This document shows positions 39,001 through 51,000 of a stretch of 64,000 nt of DNA, in pieces (within the stretch, counting starts at the first letter, position 1; every line of letters starts with the position of its first letter). The translations under genes were made by a program, and so were the position numbers. The notes below the pieces were generated by a model that was not told the origin of the DNA, did not search any database, and worked only from the letters and a program-made list of their open reading frames with translations. Where the stretch lies: positions 92,641-156,640 of the forward strand of contig NMRA01000589.1 of assembly GCA_002633005.1 (NCBI GenBank), written 5' to 3'. This DNA is from Phoronis australis. Its lineage: Eukaryota > Animalia > Phoronida.

Positions 39001-42000
39001 TCAAGGTCGGATGCGCGTGGAAATATTCATCAACACCAATGAAATTGATTCGGTTAGGAATCCAATGTTGGCAGCTAAAATTTGAGTGACCATTATAAAA
39101 TGCGTTGTTACAATACAACAAAAACGCGAAAGCTGTTCAAGAGTACACAGAAGAAGCTACTAAATAGGAGACTCCACCCAAAACTGGATTTAAATATGCA
39201 GCTGAAACTCGACCGTGTGTCGAACGGAATGTAGGACTTCTCACCTAATGGTTTCCCACTGGTCATACCCGTCAAGTCCAGGTACGTCATCGAGGTGACC
39301 CCCAGCCAGTCGCACCAGAGTGGGGTACCAGTCACTGATGTGTATCAATTTCCGATTGGCATAGCCTGTAGCATAGAAGCGAAAGGTTGAAATTTTGAAA
39401 AAAGTGCAGACAGAAATATGTTGCCAGGTTCCAAAAAAATTATTATTTTCTGGTTTGGCACGTTCAGGAACTCCTCTTCCGTTCAACAACTGCTCTTCTG
39501 CTCCACTTGGGCTTGCATGGGCGGCGCAGCCCCCTGTGGTGCACCGCCTATAGACCACGTGCGGCGTAGCACTAAGAAAAGTGGGGCGAGAAAGCTCCCC
39601 CCCCCAGCCCCCTATAGTGCCCCGCCCATGGCTTGTTATAACAACAATGTGACGTCATTGCGTTCTAAATAATCCACGAAGATAAAACTAGCGTTATACT
39701 TGTACGATAGAAACTAAGTTATGAGCACACTAGAATTACCATAGAAATGATAGATTACACAAGACAGAAACAAAACCACTGTCTAATGCATGGCTATAGC
39801 AAGACCGTCACCTGTTTTATTAAGAAGCGAGCTCCGTACAAAGCCCACTCCCCTCACCCCACCTTCCCATAGCGACCATTTCCAGCCTCGAAGTGGCCAG
39901 TTGTTGCCTCCGCCAAGAACTTGGCCTCCGTTGTCTAGAGATAAACAGGAGAGCGATCCAAATGAATACATCAAATATATATAACTTACAGAAAAGCTCA
40001 AACTTTTCTTTTATAAATGATCGAAAAAAATTGGTTTCAACTTCCGACATAAAATTCCAAATGTTTCCCACGCGTTTACATTTCAGTCCAAGCCTGTTAC
40101 CGTAGTCGAACAAATTTGCTCGGTCTCAAACTACGAAGTCTTAACACGCTTCTGCTTAGCAGCCCTCATTGCAAACAGGCAGGCGTCCATAGATCTTTGC
40201 ATCCGTTACACATTTCTTCCATCACTGAAATCTGTACATGGCACTGCTTGAATTGGAACGTTGTCAACTGGCTTAACAGATTAGCTGACAAACCTACAAG
40301 GAAATTCTTTGAAGTATGCTGGCTTTATAATCGTGTCACATAGTAAATGTTCATTCAGTTGACAGTTCTTAGACCACAAAATTGGACAAAATGTTGTAAC
40401 AAGTTACACAATAAACCGTTTTCATCGCTAGTTTTATTTTATAAAAAAAAAACCTTCAGCTATTTTCAAAGCAGACACCGAAGCTCAAGTTATGCTTGAT
40501 TCAGTCGTATGGAAACCCAACCTAGTTCAATGCAAAATTAATGCTAGACAAACATTTTGCAAGAGCTAACTCCAGTTCTCTTGCCAATGGCATGAGCGTG
40601 GAATGCATGCCATAAATGGGACGACAACTCTATTATGTGCCGGAAACCATAGGAGTATCCTGAAGACAAAGACGCGATTCTTAGATACCTAAACACGAAT
40701 CACAGTTCTATATGCATAACTTGCATGGTGAAGCAGTGGGTCGAGTTAGCATATTTCCCAGCAAAACGTCCCATTTCTTACATTTAGAGAGAAGAGGCCC
40801 TGAAGAAGGGGCCCACCAGACAATTTCCAAAAGCCCATACATATAGGCAGCCAAATCCGCCACTGGAACAGGAACCCAAAACCTAGGTTAAGCTAATTCG
40901 CTACTGCTTGTTGTATATTGAGGTCGGCCAATAAGTAACTTCTGGACGCAACATTTTAACTTACCGGTTGAGAAAATAAACACCGTGTTGTCCCACAATC
41001 CTGTGGCTTTCAACGTGTTAGTAATGTTGGCGATGCCTTCATCCATTGCTGATGTCATACCTGTAACATACGGGTATTATACGCTTCGCTGACAGCAACT
41101 ATTTACAACCAGTAAGTGTGATTTACTTCAATTTGTTTAATTTTTCTAAATTCAAAATATAATTTAACCTGCGTAAATTCGTCTGTTACTGTTATGTATG
41201 AATTGATACTGATCGGTATAAGCTTTCGGCACCTCCATCGGGGTGTGGACTGCCTGGTACGCCATGTACAAGAACAGCGGCTGTAAAGGAAAATGTCCTC
41301 ATTTTAAATTCAGTATACACTATATCCAAGCTATTGAGTCATCACCTTGTCGTCAAAACACAGTTTCACCTGATGTATGTTAATGCTTGGTTTCATTCTT
41401 CACGTTATATCGTGACCTAATTTTTGCACGAGAACAAAACTTATGAATATTTGTTTACGCCTTAATCACAGTGTCTTCTTGCATTTAAATTACCACGACT
41501 GGAAAAACTCCAAACGTCGCACCTTGTCACTTCTCGTTTTCGTGTGGTTGACGATTATTTCTTGCGCTTTTCTCGTGAATAAATGCGTTGAGTAGGTTCC
41601 GTTCTGGCTCGTGTCAACGTCGGTGTTATTCCGCAAGTCGAAACCACAGAACTGTGTTTTTGTGCCGGGTAAACTCTCACAGTCTAAATGAGTGTAGTAG
41701 TCCTCGCCGCCACCTAAGTAACCTGTGATTGAACAGATACTTTTAATACACTTTCTGTGAAGTAGCACTTCTCCAGAATTCAGTAACAAGCAACGAAATC
41801 GTCTAGAATACAACAGCAACGCGGAGCGTTGAAATGCGCCCACGACTGCAACGCAAATGGTGTGCTTCTAATGTTGTTTTTAGTATCACAAAAGTGGCAA
41901 TTAGATGACGCAAAATATGCCAAACCCGCCTAAAATTGAGAATGGGTCGTCACCTCTCTCTTAGTTAAAGTGTTTGTCAAATTTCATGAAAATCCACCAA

Positions 42001-45000
42001 GAAACTCCAAATATACAGAGACAGGCGTAAAAAACAAATTACCATAAGAAAGCACAGCGGTAGTCGAATCCGGCCATCTGATGTCGAGTTAATAGGAACA
42101 GACTAAATTCGAAAATAATGGCATTAAGGAGACAAAAGTTACGTTTGACCCATCTGAAAATCTACGCCAGTCTTGCTCATGTCAGCAGAAACACATCAGC
42201 CAATTTTCATAAGGGTCCTTTGAGTGGTTTGCGGCAAAAAACGGACCCAAAGATAATTGACATGGCCACTAGGTGACGCAAAATACGTTGAGTCCATCGC
42301 AAATTGGAAAGAGTGTATCATCTTTATGATAGAAACTTGTTTCAAAATTTTATGAAAAAACATGAAGGAATTCAGAAGGTGAAAAATAAAATTGCTATTG
42401 GGGACATATCGGTGGTCATAGCCGTAAACAGTCATGAGCAGCCACAGTCACATTTATAGAAAAACAACTGGAAAATTTCACAAACATCATGCAAAGGAAA
42501 CAGGAGCTGCAACTATGGTCGCAAAAACTACAAAATCACCACAAGGGACGCCACGGGTATAAGAACCGTTCAAAAATCAATGCCCATGGTCTCCTCATCG
42601 GGACTGATATGATTCATAATGATCATTTGAGCTCTTTTGGCAGGTTGAGGCAAACGCTAAAAAGCAAACTCGAAATAAAAAATTCCAGTAGCGCAAAATA
42701 CATTTAATCCGTCTGAAAATGGAAAGGCATAGTTGTCGCCTTAACAGAAATCTCTTTGCTAAATTTCACAAAATCTATCAATCAACTTCAAAGTTATACC
42801 AATGAGCTATACCAGGTACCTGGTGTAGCTCATTGGTTATACACAAGCAAACGTAAAACTGTCACTAGGAGGCACTCCTGACGTCGGATTAGTCTGAAAC
42901 TCGTCTTCATCCGTTATCATCTCCATAGGAACATATCTGCCACATTTCAAAAAGATCCTCCAAAGAGTTAAAGATACAGCCATGAACGAAAAAAAAAGAA
43001 AACAAAATAAATTGCCACTCGGGATCGCCACAGTAGTCGAACCACTCCGAAAATCAGTGTCAGCTGCAGTCTTCTCATCATGAAAACATCTGCCAATTTT
43101 CACAATGGTCCTTTGAACGCTTCGGCGGATAGGAAGGCGGACGTCAAAAATCTACTAAAAATTTTTTAAATTGCCACTAGGTGGCGGACAATACGTCAAA
43201 TCCGTCTAAAAAACGGGAAGACATCATCATCTCCTTACTAGAAAACTGTGTGCTAAATTTCACGAAAATCCATCAAGGAACTCGGAAAATTCAGAGGCAA
43301 ACGTAAAAACTAAAACTGCCAGTAGAGGGCACACCTGTAGCCAGATTGGTCTGAAACTCGTCGTCGTTCGTTATCATCTCCATAGAAACATATGTCCCAA
43401 ACTTCACAAAGTCGTCCAAAGAGTTAAGGAGATACAGCGGTGAACGCGAAAAAATAAAATCGCCACTAAGGGTCGCGACAGCAGTCAAACCTGTCTGAAA
43501 ATCAGTGTCAGCCGCGGTCTTTTATCAGGAACACATCTGCCAATTTCGATAATGATTCTTTGAGCAGTTAGGCGGATAGCAAGGCGGACGTCAAAAACGT
43601 ATTCAATTTTCCCATCAGGAAATATTTTTAGTTTCGTTTTGCGTACCATAAAACGAATCAAACCCGCGATGGAGTGGAGTGCACTCGTCTTTGTAGAACC
43701 CCAAATGCCACTTTCCCACCATGTGATTGCTATAACCGGCTTGCTTTAACTTGTCGGCGAGTGTCGGTATTTCTAATGGTAAACAGTTGGCTTGATAGGG
43801 CCATATTATCGCATGTTGCAATCCTGTGTGAATCTGAAATAAAGATCTGATGAAAACACGTTTTCTTACGTTTTTTAAAATATGCGTTTAGTCACGCCAG
43901 TGCATGCCTGTGACGTCACATAAGTCTTACTGATAAAAGATAGCATGCTACTTTTTCGGCCGGGTCCCACCATCCGCTTTTCACATAATTAATAATGAAA
44001 TGTTTGGATCTGATTCACGAGATCTTAATTGCATTTCTAAAAAGATCGTTCAAATATACGGTTTCAAAAGCTATTGTGTGTTCAACGCATAGGTGTATAA
44101 TTTACAATGTGCATGAACGTGGAAACGGAATGAAATGTATTTTTTCTCCGCCTCTCTCCCTCCCTCTCTCTCTCACATCTTACTTTAGTCGGTGAACCAA
44201 TCATTTAACAGTTTTAGAGATGAATATTGGCGAACCTTACGATTGCTCACCAGACCAATTGAGGTAACAAACCTGATAACGTCCCGACATCAGCACACTT
44301 CTAGAAGGTGTGCAGATCGGCTGGACGTAATAGCTTTCCAGTCGTACACCTTCGTCTGCCAATCTGTCCAGCGTCGGTGTTTTTATTTCGCTGCCATGGT
44401 ATCCTTAAAAATATAATTGCAGCTGAAATTCGAATAAGTGCGGCATTTTCCGTATATAATTTGACAAATATCATCCACGCAAAACCAAGAACTTTCGACT
44501 GCTTATGATAAAGGAGATAAACGGCCCCGGACGTACACAATTTATGTGTAGGTTGCTCTCGACTTGGGCTATCGCCGGAAACTTTTAGCAGCCATTTTTA
44601 TCGTCATCTATTTTGCCCGAGATATGCGACAACCTAAGTGGTAAAGTAAAACAAAATAAGGGTTGTCGAAAGATGTCATTCATTTTGACAAGACAAGACT
44701 CTGCAAGATCACCCTAGGAAAAAGTGCCATGAAATCAATATGGGAATACTGACATGGCCCAGCCGAGGAAGCATAACTGACTAGACAGTTAAGGCTGCGT
44801 TACAACAGACCCTTGGGGCTCAGGCTGCAATTACAGACTTACACGGGATGACCATGCAATCGCAGGATGGAAGGAAGACGACGCCACTAACATGGATGAC
44901 GTGGGAAGCAACAGATGAAGAGGCAAGTGTGAATGCGCCGACTCGGAGGAAGGCGTAAAAGGCAAGGAGAGACATGTCACGTGCAAGGACGGAGTCAGTA

Positions 45001-48000
45001 CAAGAAGCACGTGCGGAAGGACAGGTGTCAGATAGAGACAAGAAGATTGGAAGCGCCTTTGAGATTTTTTTGATGTAACAGAAGGAAGTAGGGTCAGGAA
45101 TATTGTCCATTTTGTAGACAAAACTAATATAGCTGAGACATAGGACTGGATAGACGAGACGCTAAGGTCAGACTCGAAGAGATGTGAATTGTATCTAGCT
45201 AAGTTAGTTATGGCAACGCGGGGGAAAGATTAAAGAACAGGGGTTAGAGAGGAGGTGGAATTGTGATTAGTTATAGAGCATGCAAGCGTAGGACTGTAGA
45301 GTGGAATGGGCCAATGACGCCTTGAGAAATCTGGTCACACGCTTCCAAGAGGTGCGGTGGTATCGGTGTCGGATGATGGCTGAGCCACCAGCCCTGCCAA
45401 AAGGCAACATAGAATTTAAAACTAGAGAGTGCATCAGCAACAATATTAGTGAAACCACAGGCATGTGTTTAGACGAAAATGAAGGAACGAGAGACGTGCG
45501 GAATGAGGTGTTGTTAATAATGTTGACGACGGCGCTGTTGTCGCATAGAGAACCTTGTGGTCTGCGAGTTTTTAGTTCTTTGAATATTATGATGCTGGTG
45601 GTGAGCTGGCAAAGGGTTGGCACTGAATCCAGGAAGGTCCCAGAGTTGCGGCGAAATCCCCCAGCGGTACCTGCAGTGTCGTTACATCATACAGTGTTCA
45701 GCTGGCATGAATCCAATAACTGCCAGTTTCGTTACGGCTCAACCTGCAATTCAGCTGTCAAGTATAATTGCCTATAAAGCGTATACACACGTTAAATCAT
45801 TTGGCCATTCTTCACATACCTATATCATTCCATCCGTAATCATCGGCAAGAACAAAAACAATATTAGGCTGTCCATTTGCATGAGATCCATCTACTCCGG
45901 AGAGAAAGACAAGAGAAGTCAATAACGCGTGCACAAGCGAATACATGTCTGTGTCGGCTTGCAGCCTTCAGTCATGAACTTTCATAAATCTAGAGTCAAA
46001 TCATGAGTCAAACGAACAGCATCTTTATCATAGGCCTTGTGCTTATGACACTACCGGAAACCTTAGTCAGTGCCAAAGTAATATACATCCACTAATCGAT
46101 AAAAGACAGAAGTGGTATTTCAAAGTCCTCCACTAAAGATAAGTTGTGCCTATATCTAGGACAAATTTGTTTGGGACAGCGTTTTCCCATTGATCCCAAC
46201 TTGTCCGATTCTATAGCCCAACAACAAGTTTTGAAGATAACCCCTGTAGCCAATACCTTACACGACTGATTAATTCTATTCTGGTACTTTTATGGCTGTA
46301 GGGCCAGCTCTCTTTTGTTCGAGAATTGCTCTAATCCCCAATAAAATCGTGACTGTAGCCTAACTGGGCCATGCTGTTAAAAATAAAATTTAAGTTATAA
46401 CACATTTGAACATAAACCAATAGCATTTTTGAATTCCTCGTCAAATGCTTATCGTGTTTATTTTTGAATCTCCTGAGTGCTTGGCAGTTAACAAAGAAGC
46501 TAGATTTTATCACCCGCTCTCAACCCTCTATATCTGGTAAGGTAACTGAACGGGAGAACGCTGTCGTAATGACGTGAGTTTTTCTACACAGGTCAAGCCC
46601 TTTTATTCACGCACGACTCCCCACAATCCGGATTTGTCTAAGCCCCCGTAATCTGCAGGTGACCTACATACTCATCCCACAACGATTACCCTTGGTCATG
46701 GGGGGCGCACCATAGGGGGCTGGGAGGCGGCTATAGCCCCCCACTTTTTTCCAGTGCTACGCCGCACATGGTCTTAGGCGATGCACTAGAGGGGGCTGAG
46801 GGAGCTTTAGCCCTCCCCACTTTTTTCAGTGCTGCGCCGCCCCTGTTTGTTATACTCCGTCTTTTGTCTGCTGGTTCTTTGTGAGGGAAATCTTTCTCCA
46901 TTTTGCACATTTCTCGTCCCCAATAGGGAACTTCCAGTTGAGACCAGGGCCAGGTCTCTAATCTTTGTACTCGAAACGAACTCGAAACTATTTTTGGCAA
47001 TTTCTCTGCTCCTTTTGTGCGAACTTAAGATAATTGGTTATCAGACTGTGCTCGAATACTTTAAAGTTTATGCATAGGAGTGTCTAGTTCAAGTTTGCCG
47101 TTGAATACCCTTATATTCGTGCTACAAACTCGAGTAAAAACTCGAAATTTCGAGTTCAAACTCGAAGTTATTGCTTTAATATTGGGTTTACAAACTGTGA
47201 ACTAAGGGCGATAAATTATCTACGTAAGTTATTGTGTACTCGAGCATAGAATAATAGACACTTATCTTGAGTTCGCCCATAAGTAGAGTATAAAATGCCA
47301 AACCTAATTTCGAGTTCCATTTCGAGTAATAAGATTGGAGACCGGGCCCTGGTCAGACTCAAAAGATTCAGTTGGTAGTAAGAGTGGGAGTTACCCAGCT
47401 CTCCACCTCTTTTGTTCTTCCATATTTGCGTATGTTAGGCCAAAATTTTCTGGACGAACAAATAAGAAATGAAACTTATACTGGCAAAATCTTCATCTTC
47501 TCAGTTACATGTATTTTGATATCCATTATGAAAATACAAGCAAAAGTTAACTTGCGTGTGCTACTCGTTTTTGCAGTTGTTTGTACAACAGTGATTTTTT
47601 GTAACTTACAGTAGTTTGGGTCAAACTTTCTACTGTCCAGTCGCTGATCGTTACTGATATGACTGTATCACACGTTTTTTGTAAATTCTGAATATTTGAT
47701 TATTTTACCGCTATAAAAAGTTCACGCAATGTCCTCGTTATCATCAATAATACAATAATCCACAACAGTTACAATCTTTGTTAACCTCTGAAGTGTGTTC
47801 CGTTCAAGAACGCTTCCAGAAAGGTAGATCTAATTCTCTTTGAACATCCAAATTTGACAAGTGTTCTAAAGCTTTGAGGATTTTATTTAACGATGTTACG
47901 ACAGCCACTTAACAATTTCTGAAAAACACGATGTGGACAAAATCGGCGAGTTTTGCCATTACCAAACAAATCTTTTTACAATTGTCATTTATCTGTAGGG

Positions 48001-51000
48001 TACATGTATTCTGTATATTACACAAGCAATTTAGACAAAGGTCTTAACTGGCGAAACAGACGAAAAGTTGCATAGAAAATGACAGCTTGAACAAGAGAGT
48101 GCTTTCAAAATGCACCGNNNNNNNNNNNNNNNNNNNNNNNNNNNNNNNNNNNNNNNNNNNNNNNNNNNNNNNNNNNNNNNNNNNNNNNNNNNNNNNNNNN
48201 NNNNNNNNNNNNNNNNNNNNNNNNNNNNNNNNNNNNNNNNNNNNNNNNNNNNNNNNNNNNNNNNNNNNNNGAGATTTTTTTGATGTAACAGAAGGAAGTA
48301 GGGTCAGGAATATTGTCCATTTTGTGGACAAAACTAATATAGCTGAGACATAGGACTGGATAGACGAGACGCTAAGGTCAGACTCGAAGAGATGTGAATT
48401 GTATCTAGCTAAGTTAGTTATGGCAACGCAGGGGAAAGATTAAAGAACAGGGGTTAGAGAGGAGGTGGAATTGTGATTAGTTATAGAGGATGCGAGTGTA
48501 GGACTGTAGAGTGGAATGGGCCAATGACGCCTTGAGAAATCTGGTCACACGCTTCCAAGAGGTGCGGTGGTATCGGTGTCGGATGATGGCTGAGCCACCA
48601 GCCCTGCCAAAAGGCAACATAGAATTTAAAACTAGAGAGTGCGTCAGCAACAATATTAGTTAAACCACAGGCATGTGTTTAGATGAAAATGAAGGAACGA
48701 GAGACATGCGGAATGAGGTGTTGTTGATAATGTTGACGACGGCGCTGTTGTCACATAGAGAATCCTGTGGTCTGCAAGTTTTTAGTTCTTTGAATGTTTT
48801 GGTGCTGGCGGTGAGCTGGCAAAGGGTTCAGGGTTGGCACTGAAACCAGGAAGGTCCCAGAGTTGCGGCGAAACCCCTGCGGTGCCTTCAGTGTCGTTAC
48901 ATCATACAGTGTACAGCTAGTGGCATGAATCCAATAACTGCCAGTTTCGTTACGGCTCAATCTGAAATTCAGCTGTCAAGCATAATTGCCTATAAAGCGT
49001 ATACACACGTTAAACCATTTGGGTTAATCTTCACATACCTATATCATTCCATCCGTAATCATCGGCAAGAACAAAAACAATATTAGGCTGTCTATTTGCA
49101 TGTGATCCATCTACTCCGGAGAGAAAGACAAGAGAAGTCAATAACGCACGCACAAGCGAATACATGTCTCGTGTGTCGGCTTGCAGCCTTCAGTCATGAA
49201 CTTTCATAAATCTAGAGGTCACATGGCTCAAACGAACAGCATCTTAATCATAGGCCTTGTGTTTATGACAACACTACCGGAAACCTTAGTCAATGCCAAA
49301 GTACTATAATATATCCACTAATCGATAGAAGACAGAAGTGGTATTTCAAAGTCCTCCACTAAAGATAAGTTGTGCATATATCTAGGTCAAATTTGTTTGG
49401 GACGGCGTTTTTCCCGTTGATCCCAACTTGTCCAATTCTACAGCCCAACAACAAGTTTTGAAGATAACCCCTGTAGCCAAAGCCCCCCACTTTTTTCAGT
49501 GCTACGCCGCACGTGGTCTATAGGCGATGCACTAAAGAGGGCTGAGGGGGCTTTAGCCCCACCCACTTTTTTCAGTGCTGCGCAGCCCCTGTTTGTTATA
49601 CTCCGTCTTTTGTCGGCTGGTTCTTTGTGAGGGAAATCTTTCTTCATTTTTCACATTTCTCGTCCCCAATAGGGAAATTCCAGTTGAGACCTGGTCAGAC
49701 TCAAAAGATTCAGTTGGTAATAAGAGTGGGAGTTACCCAGCTCACCACCTCCTTTGTTCTTCTACAGTTGCGTATGTTAGTCCAAAATTTTCTGGACGAG
49801 CAAATAAGAAATGAAACTAATACTGGCAAAATCTTCATCTTCTCAGTTACATGTATTTTGAAATCCATTACGAAATTACAAGCAAAAGTTAAATTGCGTT
49901 TGCTACTCGTTTTTGCAGTTGTTTGTACAACAGTGATTTTTTGTAACTTACGTAGTTTGGGTCAAACTTTCTGCTGTCCAGTCACTAATCGTTACTGATA
50001 TGACTGTATCACACCGATTTTTGTAAATTCTGCATATTTGATTATTTTACCCCAATAAAAAAGTTCACGCAATGTCCTCGTTATCATCAATTATACAATA
50101 ATCCACACTCGTTACAATTTTTGTTAACCTCTGAAGTATGTTCTGTTCAAGAACGCTTCCAGAAAGGTAGATCTAATTATCTTTGAACATCCAAATTTGA
50201 CAAGTGTTATAAAGCTTTGAGGATTTTGTTTAACGATGTTACGACAGCCACTTAACAATTTCTGAAAAACACGATGTGGACAAAATTGGCGAGTTTTGCC
50301 ATTACCAAACAAATCTTTTTACAATTGTCATTTATCTGTAGGGTACATGTATTCTGTATATTACACAAGCAATTTAGACAAAGGTCTTAACTGGCGAAAC
50401 AGACGAAAAGTTGCATAGAAAATGACAGCTTGAACAAGAGAGTGCTTTCAAAATGCACCGCATTCTGACACATCCCAGTATTTCCTTTTTGAAGGGAGTT
50501 ACACAGGCATGAACCGTGGCTTTAGACTTAAAACAAATCTGAGAATGTTGCAGATATAAATAAATAAATTACAACGAGTTTCCGTGTTACGATATGTGGA
50601 ATATGGAATAGTGTTGAAATTGTAAACAAGATTCAGTTTAGGAGTCACTGTCTTGTCCTTGGTGACGTACACAGAATTTTGCTGACGAAAATGACAGATA
50701 ATGCCAGAGTAGTTAGATTATTTCAAAGTCGTCATCTTTGTGAACTAAAAAGGGAGGCACTATGTATTTCAAGTGCCACCGTGCTGAGAGCTGAATTTTT
50801 GTGATTGTAAAATTATAATGCAAACTGTATTATGAGGCCAAGACTTCTATACAATAAAAATTTCTGATTGTGATTCTAGCATCACGGTCAATCAAACGGG
50901 ACTCGAAGTCCAAAATCGCTCAGTTTGGTCTCAGTACTTGCGTATGTTTGCCCCATCTTAAAATTGTTTCCCTCAGCTTCATTCGACTAAAACCTTTTTC

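Larger units (their letters stand above)
45061..50460. repeat. Tandem duplication 45061-48117 / 48271-50460 flanking a 153-N gap (probable uncollapsed haplotype)
   Basis: Both copies start GAGATTTTTTTGATGTAACAG and end TTCAAAATGCACCG. They are near-identical at the ends, with substitutions and two large indels internally. Confidence 0.9.

Noticed and set aside
45820-45870. LADDYG next to the DIRS relic as a reverse-transcriptase YxDD motif
   Set aside because: It is the sulfatase metal-binding motif [15 protein letters not shown], preceded by a signal peptide and followed by a phase-matched donor.
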